Positions 41,215-55,230 of a stretch of DNA of 64,000 nucleotides are shown here, piece after piece (the stretch's first letter is position 1; the number at the start of each line of letters is the position of its first letter). A program made the position numbers and the translations under genes. The notes under the pieces were generated by a model. The model had not been told where the DNA came from and searched no databases. It worked only from the letters and a program-made list of their open reading frames with translations. The DNA is from Octopus vulgaris. Lineage: Eukaryota. The stretch lies in contig OX597829.1 in NCBI GenBank assembly GCA_951406725.2, forward strand, positions 15,500,001-15,564,000, in the 5' to 3' direction.

Positions 41215-41780
41215 GAGGCTCTTCGGTTATAAGGCAACGCATGTACAGTAGCAACGCTAAGAGGGAACGATATCCTAAAGAACTGAAGAGACAGCTTAGG
41301 AACCTTGTCGCTGGTATCAGCAGTAGAATTTCTAATCTATCACCGGGTTTAATGATCTTCAGTAGCGACGCATTGTGCCGCAGCGCATTAGGATGAAGCC
41401 TTAGTCAAGAGTGGTTTTATTAACTACGAGAAGAATCTCCTTAACCCTACTCCCATATCCAAAGTTGTGTAGAAGGAGAAAGGTATTCTGGTGTAATCCT
41501 TCATTCAAACTAGATGTTCCACTAACTGAGCTAGGATCCTTCTGACGCTTCTTAAACAATATTTTCGAAGAACCCGTATATATTCTTCGGTTTTTAATGT
41601 CCATAATCTTAAGATCGGATACGCATACCTGCATAATATCGCTCCATTATCGCTAACTACACTACCAGTAAACAAGCAGGCATACAGTCTTCCCCCATAC
41701 TCCGGCCTGTTACTTCCGAATTCCTACAAAACTGGCCATAAATGCGTTTAGTGGTACGTTCTTTCATTTATTCAACCATT
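41215..41780 (-). mobile_element. Degraded PLE 3' end: GIY-YIG endonuclease remnant followed by a decayed hammerhead
   Basis: RIYTGSSKILFKKR (YIG..FKxR) in ORF 41401-41634; GTCGCTa-CTGAAGA..GAAA..GATA-ccAGCGAC at 41307-41369; microsatellites on both sides. Confidence 0.65.
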
Positions 41781-41992
41781 CTCATATACATATGTGTGTG
41801 TGTATGAACGTACGTGCGTATATAGATACATATATACATATATTATATATCTATACATACACATATATGTATACACATATACACATATACTTGTGTATGT
41901 ATTATATGTATATATATATATATATATACGAATTTATATGTATATATGTACATATATATGTATATATATATGTATATATACGTATATATATG

Positions 41993-42059
<67 letters not shown>

Positions 42060-42111
42060 GTATATTATATATATGTAAATGTATATACACATATATGTAT
42101 ATGTATATATA

Positions 42112-42189
<78 letters not shown>

Positions 42190-42395
42190 TATATAAAATT
42201 TCCTAAACGAAGTTACTGAAACTGGTTTACAAGAGTTAATTTCTTCGCTGGCTTATTGCATTTTTTGATAGCACATATGCAAACCAGGTGGAATAAATGA
42301 CAAATTGCAGTGTTTCCCTTCTATTCTATCGAAAACACCGACTTTGTTTGTTCTTCCTGCCGAAAGATATTCATAACACGCACGCACCCACGCAT

Positions 42396-42437
<42 letters not shown>

Positions 42438-42477
42438 ACACACACACAAATGCACACACACATACATACATACACAT

Positions 42478-42757
42478 TAAGGCGAGCGTTATAGTTTGCT
42501 TGAAGCATTTTGATACAGAAGTAGAATAAGAAATTAAAAATGAAAAGAGTGGAGCTGCTAACAAATGCAAAGAGGCAAGTTGAATAACCTTTATATATTT
42601 CAAGCTCAAAGGTCCATCATTAGAAACAAGCGGTTAAGAAACGTGAGTTTATGTAGACCCTGCCATTTAGATTACTGAACGGTTATATTAAGGTTATTCA
42701 ACTTCCCGCTTTGCATTGTTAGAAGCTCTTCTTTCCTTTTCGGTTTGCTATTCTACG

Positions 42758-42760
<3 letters not shown>
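42478..42760. mobile_element. Diverged fold-back element (about 70-bp arms plus tail) beside (TA)n
   Basis: Arms about 42521-42591 and 42690-42756; minus strand CTAATGA..GAAATATATA resembles a decayed minimal hammerhead. Confidence 0.6.
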
Positions 42761-42835
<75 letters not shown>

Positions 42836-43106
42836 CGCAGTTTTAAATTCCGGCAATAATTTGTACACCATTCATGCTGAGTATTCTTGCTTATAATGAG
42901 GCAACAACTCACGTCAGTAACTCTTCTTCTAGAAGAGATTATAGGAACTCGGATGAAGCTGTAAGGAATTTTACTGCTCCAAATAAACAAGAAACATTAT
43001 TTTTTTTTTAAATATACAAAAGGATAATTATTCAATATTTATTCAAATGTACTGGCTATGATAAAAAAAAGAACAACCTTTCCATATTTATGTGAGCAAT
43101 ATGCAC

Positions 43107-43164
<58 letters not shown>

Positions 43165-44554
43165 TGAGTTGTATTTATACAGAGAATTGTTAGAGTCAAT
43201 CCACGAAATTGTAGTGATTAGTTCTGCGTTGGCGTAAGAATATAAACAGATGAAAGTAAACAATTAACACGTCTATAGTGAGATTGTAAGGTAAGAAGAC
43301 AAGCAATCGGATAATGGAGTCAGAAATCGAACACTTGTGAGGGAAAAGCATAGATTTATATATGGTAAAAGCAAAAATCAAAGCGTGCATTGGAAATAAT
43401 ATGGCACGGAAGAAACAGATAACCTTTCAGAAGATATCCTTTATAAAAGAGAAAAAATAAAAGGAATTGAATGATGAATAGAAAAGAAGATAAATATGCA
43501 ATATCGAATTTACGACATTTGTTTATATGGCAGGTCTGTCGTAAAATGGTAATTGATGAGTGGAACAGAAGGGAGTTAAAATGAATAGCGCTGCATCTTA
43601 GTCACAGAGACTTCTGGTAAAACGAGTAATAGCGTTGGAATATGAGTGATCCATAAATTGAACGAGTGACTGTGATGAGCCAACTTGGGCTAACTGTAAT
43701 CACTAACTCTTATTGTTAGTATGAAACGACTTGAGGAGGCAGAATCCTCCTGGTTAGCAACTGTTTTGATTTCGGAAGTTGCTAGTGGATGCATGAACAG
43801 AAAGTTCTGAAGGTATGTGTGTTTTCTTTCTGTTGTCACGTAAGAAATATAATCTATACAAAAGTAGCTTGCTATATTTGTGCATCTTTGGGAAAAGTTC
43901 CTTGCTATATTTGCGAAGACTTGTAGAATGAATGGAGAATTAAATCAGTTTGTTTTTCTCTTCCTAATAATGTTTGTACTTGCGCAGATGACCTTGTATA
44001 TTCTCTCATTTCTGCTATAAACTAATTTTCGTAGACTCATTTACTGTGATATGGTGCAGATGAATTGAAAAGATCTCAATCAGATTATATATAAGATATT
44101 CTTCTACTGATGCCACTTTATTCATAAGTCTTAATTCTTGGCCAATAGAAAGCCTCAACAAAATATGAAGTGGTTACAGATAGCTGTACAGATAAGCGTT
44201 AAGAGCAATTAGCTTGTTTCGTAGAATCTGAATTTTTTTGCTTTAAGATTTTCTTACGGCGTTAGGTGAATACTGTGAGCTGCAAAATAAGGTGCTACTG
44301 TCTAGTAGAAAGATCATGACCTGCAATTCGCGCGTGAGTTATCTCTCTTGATCTGGTGAGTGATTCGTATACATGGAGTTTTTTTAAGCATTCTGATCCC
44401 GATTCAAAATATTTTATACATATATTTATATGTATATGTCCGTGCACACATACACTAACATACACTCACATACATATATACATGCATACATACACACGTG
44501 ATTGGTCAACTGACTAGAATCCAATCACGTATAGTATATATATATATATATATT

Positions 44555-44648
<94 letters not shown>

Positions 44649-44713
44649 TATATATATGTATATATATATGTATACATGTATATATATTTATATATATATA
44701 AACATATATATAC

Positions 44714-44799
<86 letters not shown>

Positions 44800-44812
44800 A
44801 TATATTTATATA

Positions 44813-44866
<54 letters not shown>

Positions 44867-44999
44867 AACTTAGATAAACTTAGATATGTTTCGACCAAAG
44901 ATTGGTCCAGGCCATGTCTAACTTAATAGCACCACCTGATAGGATTATTCGAATCCTGTTTAAGTCAAGTTTTGTTCAAGTAGTGAGTTCTTGTTGGGT

Positions 45000-47934
45000 G
45001 AGTTGTATCAAGTTTTGTTCAAGTAGTGAGTTCATGTTGGGTGAGTTGTATCCAATTATGGGTGGCTTATCTGGTAATCTTTGAAAGAATCTGTCCAGAC
45101 TCCGTTTAAAGTTGATGGGATCCTTTTCCTCTTTGATCTCCCTCGGGACAATGTTAAATAGGACAGGGCCTGTTGAGGAAAAGAAATTATGTTGCAGTGT
45201 ACATGTATGTTATGATCTTGTGTTGGGCAGGGGACGTATAGCCCGTGGTCCCAGTCTTGGATGAACCTTGAAGCTAATATTCAGGTCGTTTGCACAAAGT
45301 TGGCGGTATATTCTCCACATCGTACAAATGATGTACCGCTCACGGCGACGCTGGAGAGAGTAGAGTTTCAAGGCTTTAAGGCGATCCCAATAATCGAGAG
45401 CAGCCATGCCTTCAATTCGTTTAGTGAGTGCCCTCTGGGGTGATTCAATCCTCGAGATGTTTTGTCTTGTATGGGGAGACCACAGTGGGCAGCAGTATTC
45501 AAGGTGTGGCCGTACAAAGGAGGAAAAAGTGGTATGATGACACCTTGTTCTCTGGTCCGGAAAGTTCTTAAGATCCAGGAACTCATCCTACGAGCTATAT
45601 CGACCTTCTTGTTGATGTGTGCACTCCAACTGAGATCGTCATCAACAATTACACCCAGGTCTCTGATATTGTTAGAGGCTGTGAGCGGTTCCCCTGAAGG
45701 AAGAGAGTATGGCTGTTTTAGTGAGGAATTTCTTCTAAAATGCATCAGCTCAAATTTTCCCTCGTTCAGTTGCATTTTCTTTCTGTCTGCCCATTGACTC
45801 ACAGCATATAGATCAGACTGGAGTTGAGTTCGGTCTGCTTCTTCATTGACGATTTGCTGGAGCTTAGTGTCATCAGCAAATATTTTCACTTTGCAGTAAT
45901 GTACACACTGGAAAGGTCGTTTATGTAAATTATGAAGAGTAGCGGACCCAAAACAGTCCCCTGGGGAACACCGCTGGGCTTGAATGGACTCCATCAACTA
46001 CAACATGTATTCTATTCGCCAGGAAATACTTAATCCAGTGTAGAACTTTTCCACGGATTCCAACATTTGCCAATTTTGAGAGTAGGATATTACGGTCTAC
46101 CCTGTCGAACGCTTTACTGAAGTCAAGATATATGACGTCAGAGTTCGAACCTGTTCCCAAGGCTTTGAGTACATCTTCAATGTGGTGTAAGAGCTGTGTT
46201 AGACAGTCCCTGCCACAGCGAAAGCCATGCTGATTTGCATTTAGAAGTTTGTGGGTCTCCAGGAAGTCAGCTATCCTTGATCTTAGCACTCTTTCAAACA
46301 CTTTAATGATGTGGGAGGTGAGTGAGATTGGGCGATAGTTGACTGCGAGGGATCTGTTTCCCTGTTTGAAAACCGGGGTGACCGACTGGGATAGAAACTG
46401 TTTCGGTATATAACCTGCGTCTAACGAATTCCTCCAGAGGTTGGTCAGAGGGACTGCAAGTTGGTATCTACATTCCTTCAGGAGACTATCGGGAAATCTA
46501 TCCGGGCCTACAGCAGAGTAATGTTTGACCTCATTTATTGCTGCTACGATGTCAGTGGCAGGTTATGTCTGAGATTTTGTGTTGGGAGTCAACTTCGTTC
46601 GTTTCTCTTGCGTCAATATCAGTGGTAACACTAAAGACAGAGCAGTATTGTTTCTGCAGTATTTCTGCCATTTCTTTAGCATCGTGTTGGGGAATGCCGT
46701 TATCATCAATCAATGGCCCAATGGGTGAGACAGTGGTTCTATGCTTATTTGCATAGGAATAGAACACTTTTGGGTTCTGTTTGATGTTTTTGATTACCAC
46801 TGTTCCTCCACAGCTCTTTGATTTTCAATGGAGGTTTTCATGTTGGTCTGCAGATGAAGTTTTTCCAGCTCTAGTCTTTTCATTGTTGTTGAATGTGGAT
46901 GTTGTGTGTGGGAATATTTTAATTAGTTGATTTTTTTTTTAATTGGTTGATTTTTTTGTTGAGTCTTTTGATGCGCCTGATGAGTGTCTTTTTTTCTTTT
47001 TAGGGAGCCGGTTTCTGTTTGTGTTAGTAGATTTCGTGGGAGCTTCTTTAGAGCACGTATAGGTGACAATGTTTTCAAAGTGCTGCCACGCGGTCTCAAT
47101 ATGAGAGGAATTGAGAGTAAAAGACCAGTCGATGGAAGACAGATCCTTTCTGATTGCTCCCCAGTCCGCTTTATGTTGTCAAATGGGTGCCATGGAGTGG
47201 GATTGGCTGGTTTAGTTTTTATATGTCGAGAATTAAAATTGCAGAGTACCATGTCGTGGTCTGAGAGGAGAGTTTTTTCGACTGAGATACTGTGAACGTA
47301 GCTAGAGTGATTGATCAATACCAGATCCAAGATCGTTTTATAGCTGAGTCAGGAAATACTCATCCATCAGATTAAAGAGCAGTTCTGCTGCTGCTCTATC
47401 TGATGTAGAGCACTTGCCTAACTTCAGAGTATTTGTGGGCCAGTTCACATGAGGGAGGTTAAAATCACCCATCACTAGTATGGTTCCGGAGTGGTACTTC
47501 CGAAGGAAGGACTTCACTTTGCTAAGGCACTCTTCAAAGTACTTTAGAGGTGCCTGGGGAGGCCTGTAAAGACCAACAATGGTTATGTCATTGGCTTTGT
47601 TGTATAGTGATACCGATTCACAGTAGCCATTGGAAAATATGTCCTTGTCATCAAGCGAAAAGATGGCTGTCCCTTCCTTATTTCGGTCTGTGCGATCCGC
47701 ACGAACAATGGTGAAATCTTTTATTTTCACCTCTGCGTCCATATGGGTGTTGTTCAGGTGAGTCGCGGTAAGGATAAAGAAAGGGAAGCAATGTGCCATT
47801 TCTGCAAGCCAACTCTCTATATATGGGATCTTCCATTTTTGGGCAATAATTGATGGGTTGATGCCACGTACATTTAACAGGAATGTCGAAGTAAGAGAAG
47901 TTGGTAATGGGTGAGTGGTCCTTGTGATTTGCAT
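45000..47934 (-). pseudogene. CR1-group ORF2 (AP endonuclease + reverse transcriptase), multiply frameshifted
   Basis: ORF pieces 47338-47934, 46923-47330, 46552-46800, 45930-46301, 45368-45997 and 45210-45407; the C-terminal boundary is approximate. Confidence 0.9.
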
Positions 47935-49130
47935 AGATGGTTGGTGATAGCTCGCTGGATCTCCTGGCTTAGGTTGGCCTTCATATTTTCTAGGTATGTC
48001 AGTAAAAAAGAGTTACTTGTTTGGTTTTCCACTTAGTCAGAGGATACATATTTCATGTTGGCGTTATTTGGTGTTTTTTCGTGGTTCTGTCTACGTTGTT
48101 TGATTGTAGGAGGGGAAACGTGGTTGTATTTTGTTCTTGTTGTTGTCCTAGATTTCCTCTGTTCCTGTTTATATTTATTCTGTGATCGTTTTGTGGTGGT
48201 TGCATTCTGGGTTCAGGCACATCCTTTGTGACACAGAAGTTTGGCACAGTTTAGGATGGAATAAGGTGCATCCATTGTCTTTTGTGCATCTGTATTTAGG
48301 ATCAGAACCATGGATTCTGTATTTAGGACAGTATTTGAGGTGGAGGTGGGGGAAATTTTTTCCTGTTATACCATATGGACAAGTGCCCTTAACAAGTCTA
48401 CGACATAAGGTAGGATGGGAAAAAGCAAAGCGTCCATTGTTGTTTGTGCCGCTGGGGCCAAATCTACAGTTGCCTTTAGAATAGTAACGGCAGGGGGTTT
48501 TATGTGGTTGTAGTAGTGGTTTTTCTATTCTGGCAATAGTTGTAGTAGTGTTAGAAGCAAGTTGTTGATTTTGTGATAGTGGGTTCTGGCTTGCCAGAAT
48601 GTGGTCAAATCTGCAGCTGCCTTGAGAGTAGTAACGGCAGATAGTTTTATGTGGATGTAGTAGTGATTTTTCTATTTTGGCTGTAGCAGCCGTAGTAGAG
48701 TGTTGTTTTTGTTGTAGCAGCATTGAAACTTGACTTGTAGTAATATTAGAGTGTTGTTGTTGTTTTTGTTGCTGTAGCGGCAGTGAAACTTGACTTGGTT
48801 CATCAGGTGCTGTTGCCAATGGAAGTAGGTCAGTTGATTGTTGCTGTTGAAGTGACCCCTGACCTGTTGGAATTTGGTCATTTGGTGTACTGGATTCATT
48901 GGCAAGAATGGCTTCTAGTGTAGCCATGTGCGCATGGAAAATAGGAAATATTCTAACAATTTCTTTTATTTTATTTTCGACCTGTTTTACAGATCTGTGA
49001 AAGGATTTTTCGCTAAATCCTCAGTTATTTTACTGTAAACATTAGCTTCGTTGTGATGGATGAACCAAGCGTTAATCATTGCAGTAATTTCATTTTCAAC
49101 CCAGCGGCGTTTTTTAATATTATTGGCCAT
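47874..49130 (-). pseudogene. LINE ORF1: Myb/SANT(trihelix)-like N-terminus, Q-rich linker and tandem CCCH zinc fingers (frameshifted)
   Basis: MANNIKKRRWVENEITAMINAW..VYSKITEDLAKNPF / frameshift / RSVKQVENKIKEIVRIFPIFHAHMATLEA, then CRYYSQGSCRFDH, CRYYSKGNCRFG..HP, CRRLVKGTCPYG..HLH and CQTSVSQRMCLNPECNHHK. Confidence 0.75.
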
Positions 49131-50820
49131 ATTCAGTGGGGTAGTGTTGTGTAATATATATATGTATGTGTATGCGTGTATATGTATATGTACACCAGTT
49201 ATTGATGGCTTGAATACACCGTTGAAAAGTTTGTGTCGATATACTCGGTAAATAGTGAATACACCGTTGAAAAGTTTGTGTCGATATACTCGGAATTGCG
49301 TGGCTTGTGTGTGGGAGAGTTCAGTGTAATTAGTACAATCAGGATGAGCAGTGTGTTTAATGCAGATCAAGAAAAAAGATAGAAGAATTGTACTCACGGG
49401 ACTAGTTTTAGAACTAGTCTTGGGTTTAGTTTTGGGTTATATTTCTTTCTCCAGGTTGTATATAGATTTGTTTAAATTTATCCTCCGATGGTAGTAAAAG
49501 AGTAGTATAGTAGGATTGTAGAGTTCAAAAGTTTTGAGATTAAAAACAAGGAGAGTTTATGTTGGCTTGAGTTGAGTTGAGTTGAATTGAGTTGAAATAT
49601 GCTTCTTTGGTTACTGACGGGAGCTATGAAAAGTGACGGGAGCTATAAAAAGTACGTCTTGTCACGACGAATGCCTGCCTATTATATATGTATATATGTA
49701 TATATGTATTATATATGTATATATGTACTCGGTTTTGTTGATAAGTGGGATATCCTTAAGCGACAAGTTTAATTTCATATTCTCTATTTCCGTGTCTTCC
49801 ACTCAGTAAGTGTTCACTTGATTACTGTCGCTGAAAGTTGTTTTTTTTATATTTACTACGGATTGCTTGAAGCTAACTTTCTTTCTATACCTCAATCTTA
49901 TATGTATATTTGTCTGTGTATGTGTGTGTGTATAATATATGATTGTCTTTAACAGTTCATTGACCAACCACGGGCTTGTTAAAAGATACTTTCCCAAAAC
50001 GCTGCACAGTAGGATTGGATCTGCAATCTTAATATAATTCCTGAACCTGTTGATTTTTAACCCTTATGGCAGATGTGATTCATTAACTCTGACGTGGCGT
50101 TAAATCCTCTTGATATAAGGGAAGAGTTGGGATGGTGCAGTATATCAATTGTGCTAAGATTTTATGCAGTGCCTTCTTTTTGATAAACAACAGCTAACGT
50201 ATAGGATCTTAGTGTGGCCCTTAACGAGCCCTGCGTTGGGCATTTGCAGAAGTAATGGTTCATATTTTGGTAACTGACGATAACTGACGGACACTTAGCA
50301 AAGAAGGAGGGAACTTCATGTGGTCACTTGTCATTTGGTCATCTAGAAGTAACTGGCAATTCTTCCTCGAATCATATTCTATTGTCTGAGGATGAAAGCA
50401 AACGTTAGAAGATACAGATGTAAATCAAATACATTTCAAAAGAAGAAAACAGGATGATCATGTGTGCGGTATGCCTTTGATCATGCGCCTTGTCAGTCAG
50501 CTGGCTCGGAGCAAAAACAGCAACAGCAAATGATAGCTTACATATCACATATATGCTTGGTAAGGTTTGTCTTCGGATAACAATCACAGCAGCAACGTTA
50601 ACAATTGTCTTCTATATACACTCATTACAAACTGTTACCTATTCGTTAACCTAGATCTCCCTTTCTAGTCAACAAAGTCAGCGTCGTCGTTTTTCCCTTT
50701 AAGCGTTTCTTAACATTAAAACACACCACATCCATCTTATAAGACAGCTGTATTTGATTTCTTAATGAAAAAGTGGAAAATAAATCATTTCGATTTATTA
50801 TTATTATTGTTGTTTTATTA

Positions 50821-50903
<83 letters not shown>

Positions 50904-51711
50904 TGCGTTTGTGTGTGTCTTTCGTACGTAATTTTAATTTACGGTTCTCTTCTAAAACGAAACCTCAACAAATATGATATATATCACAAAGAAAAAGTAA
51001 CAAGAATACGATGGTAATCTAAGCAGTGCCAGGAACAATAGCAGACTTTACCAAGCAATCAATCATTGAACGAAATCTTGTACAATTGATGAAAGATATC
51101 AGCTTACAACTTGCAATTCTATAGAATTAATAATCAATACCAATAATAGGGTTTCTAATCAGTATTCTTACATTCCAAGTTTATTACCATGTTGATTCAC
51201 GCATACATATTATGTTGTTGGTGTTTAATGGGTTTATATTTATTAGATAATTTAAGGGTATAGACCAATCTGCCCTTCAAACCTGACAAAAATGCTAAGC
51301 TTTTATAAAAATATATTTTCGTTACAAAACGAACAAATCCATAGACTTCATTTTTTTTTTCTATACGGATAAATAATACGACCTTGTGTCAGATCATTGG
51401 AAATTTTATTATCTCTGAGGCAACATTATAGTATGTCACTACTCCTCTTGTTTCTAATTTTGTTTTCTCTTATATTCCGCATCTGTTGCTGACATCCATA
51501 ATTATCTAGTGTGTATCGAAATGTGAGATTCTGAAAACCGAAGTGCTTTCAACGTTACTAATTTAATGTTAGCTATCTTTAAGAAAATAGGTATCTCCAA
51601 ATATTTCTTAACAGTAATATCAGGAAAATTAAAGGATCTTTTTTCCATTCACATGTTAAGAACATCAACTAAAATTCTGAACTGTCATATATAACACATA
51701 CATATATACAC

Positions 51712-51760
<49 letters not shown>

Positions 51761-51970
51761 TATACATATATACATATATACATATATGTATATATAAATA
51801 AATATATATATATACATATATATACGTATCTATGTATATATATATAAATGTATATATGTAAATATATACATGTATATACGTATCTATATATATATAAATA
51901 TATATATATATACATGTATATACGTATCTATGTATATATATTTATAAATATATACATGTATATACGTATC

Positions 51971-52007
<37 letters not shown>

Positions 52008-52078
52008 GCATATACGTATCTATGTATATATATATATACATACATATATATATATATACATGTATATACGTATCTATG

Positions 52079-52110
<32 letters not shown>

Positions 52111-52130
52111 TATGCATATATATATAAATG

Positions 52131-52162
<32 letters not shown>

Positions 52163-52222
52163 AATATATATATGCATATACAGACGCAGAAAATACGTAA
52201 CAAATACACATATATATATACA

Positions 52223-52338
<116 letters not shown>

Positions 52339-53524
52339 TGTATATATATATGTGTATCTGTTACATTTTCTCTCCCTCGCTATATATATACTATCATACT
52401 CTTACACATGCATATACACAAGTAGAAATGCAAAATCCTCCCAATTTACGAAGATTTGTTTCTAAGGCCATCCATTATACTTTGAATTGTCTCTGCACGT
52501 ACGTAAGTAATCTTAAAAAAATATCTCCATATTTATTCATTCATAAAACGCTACGTGCGAATGTGTGTCTATGTATGAGTGTGCAGCTCTTTGAATGCGA
52601 ATATGAGGGAATGTTTATGTGGGTGTCTGTGTGTGAGTGCGTTTGTCGATGTGTGCGCGAGTATATACAATGTATGTATCGCCTGTGTGGTAGCGTTGAT
52701 GTAGTAGTGTTTTGGCTGGTAGAAACAAGGCTTTTATTTCCTTCTCCTTTATTTCAGCGACTGCCTTCATTCATCCCTATTTATATGTTTCTTTACTACC
52801 CACAAGGGGCTAAACATAGAAGGGACAAGCAAGAACAGACGAACGAATTAAGTCGATTACATCGATCCCAGTGCGTAACTGGTACTTAATTTATCGACCC
52901 CGAAAGGATGAAAGACAAAGTCGACCTCGGTGGAATTTGAACTCAGAACATAACGGCAGACGAAATACGGCTACGCATTTCGCCCGGTGTGCTAACGATT
53001 CTGAAAAAACACCAAACGAGCCTTTAGGGCACCTTTCAGTCTGTCTTCAAGATATCTACTGTGCCTCCTAGTGTCGGAGTACCTTGCGAAAACTAGGCTA
53101 AACTCAAGGGTATCTCGAAACAACGGAAGGCTTCAATGAGAAGCCATGCAGATCCACAGTTGTGGATATGTGTTAACATGTGTAGTCACCCCTGACTTCC
53201 CTTAATGTCTCTCCTAGCTAAGAACAAAGAGCAAGACCAGACGGAAATCAGCTATGAATGGTAACTCACATGGGGCCCGCAAATGACAGCGAAACCCATC
53301 TCATCTGATGTTATCCAAATAAAGAGCAAATGAGCGTTTACACCTAAAATGGCTAAAACAAGCATATGAGCAGTTTCCATGATGTCCTTAACATTAAATA
53401 ATCTAATGGTGTAGGAAACAACTGGTAAAATATCGTTATAGGGACAGAGATGGCTGGAGGCGCCACTAGAGAGAGGTCGGCTAAAGATAAACTGAATAAT
53501 AATAACAACAACAACAATAGTAAT

Positions 53525-53978
53525 AGGGTTATTGCAAACAATCTACCCAATACCACAGATTTGCTTGTCAGCTGTTTGACCTGAGCATGTCCCTTAGTGG
53601 CTGACGATATGTGCATCTTTTATCACGAGCAGGAGCAGTGGGGGAGCATCATAGCCAAGTGTTGAGAGGAATTATTTGGGGTTTTGAATAATTCACCCCA
53701 GGATAGATGAGCGTTTGGGTTCAGCGCCCTTAAACAACCCTCATTCAGGGGACCTTTTTGAGTGGGATGGGCTTCTCGACCTAAAGAAAATTCTAACTGG
53801 GTCCTACCGGCAAGGTCATATACTGTTCGCCTTGATATGAGATCACCATGTCACACACATATGGTTGTGATGCATGTGCCTGGTGTACTTTTATCAGACG
53901 GGTAGTCATTTAAGTATATTGGGCAGCGTATATTTGTACCCCAGTGTCACTTTGATGGCATGCACTGCTCTCTCACTC

Positions 53979-53980
<2 letters not shown>
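53525..53980 (+). mobile_element. Repeat family C, long copy followed by (TAG)n
   Basis: Homology to 24255-24865 and 28956-29224. Confidence 0.8.
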
Positions 53981-54071
<91 letters not shown>

Positions 54072-54076
54072 GGCAC

Positions 54077-54126
<50 letters not shown>

Positions 54127-54166
54127 AGACTAGCAGCAGAAATAACAATGTTAACAACAACAACAG

Positions 54167-54290
<124 letters not shown>

Positions 54291-54839
54291 TAAAATAAAG
54301 TTATTTTACATCAAGTTAAATATGTCTTAAATTTACTGATCTTCTTTCGGTAGCACTGACATTTTCTCAAATTCAGATTCCAATACTTGCTCAACCATTT
54401 CTTTTAATTCAGCTCTCAGAGAATTTTCTGCATTCCTGAAATTCTAAATATCATTTAAAGCAGAAAAATAGATTTGTTTGTTTGATTTTAACTTTCTTTT
54501 CTTTTTTCTTTTGTTTTTGTTTTTGCTTATTTACTCGTTTTTTTTTTTTCTTTCTTTTTTTTTCTGTTTGTGTCAGGTTGGCACGCTACGATTAATTGCA
54601 TAGCGATATTTCTATATACGCTTCTATTACAGACAGCTCATCATTTCTTCTATAACACCAAATCCTCTGTGACTTTTCTAAAACATTATACTAAATATTA
54701 TTCTTTCGCATATCGAGTCAAATACATATTCACAATCATAGATAAATATTCAGACACACACATATATCATAAATATATGTATGTATACATACACACATAC
54801 ACGCACGCGCACACACACACACATATATATATATATAAA

Positions 54840-55230
<391 letters not shown>

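Larger units (their letters stand above)
44866..49680 (-). mobile_element. Apparently full-length CR1-group LINE (ORF1 + APE-RT ORF2), inserted in (TA)n
   Basis: APE: LNVRGI, LYRPP, VMGDFNLP, DLVL, SDHD. RT: NYRPISLTS, QHGFR, YLDFSKAFD, FADDTK, RDLGV. 3' stem-loop GACC-N7-GGTC and (TCTAAGTTTA)2 tail. TA-rich repeats on both sides. Confidence 0.93.

Noticed and set aside
43200-44300. Possible very old CR1/L2 RT remnant on the minus strand
   Set aside because: Only vague motif similarity; cannot be supported without a search.
44965-45052. Direct repeats (here, 49213-49293, 49615-49652, 62573/62725) as a CRISPR-like array
   Set aside because: Only two units each, eukaryotic context, and most lie inside the LINE; no spacers or cas genes.
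49300-49397. PHD-like reading LICIKHTAHPDC upstream of LINE ORF1
   Set aside because: Too few Cys/His residues; more likely 5' UTR (the track's start codon is the GTG of a GTGAGT donor-like site).
53020-53500. Possible RTE-like 3' remnant (DRDGWRR then (TAA)n); similar hint at about 39880-40070
   Set aside because: A single short motif; too degraded to call.
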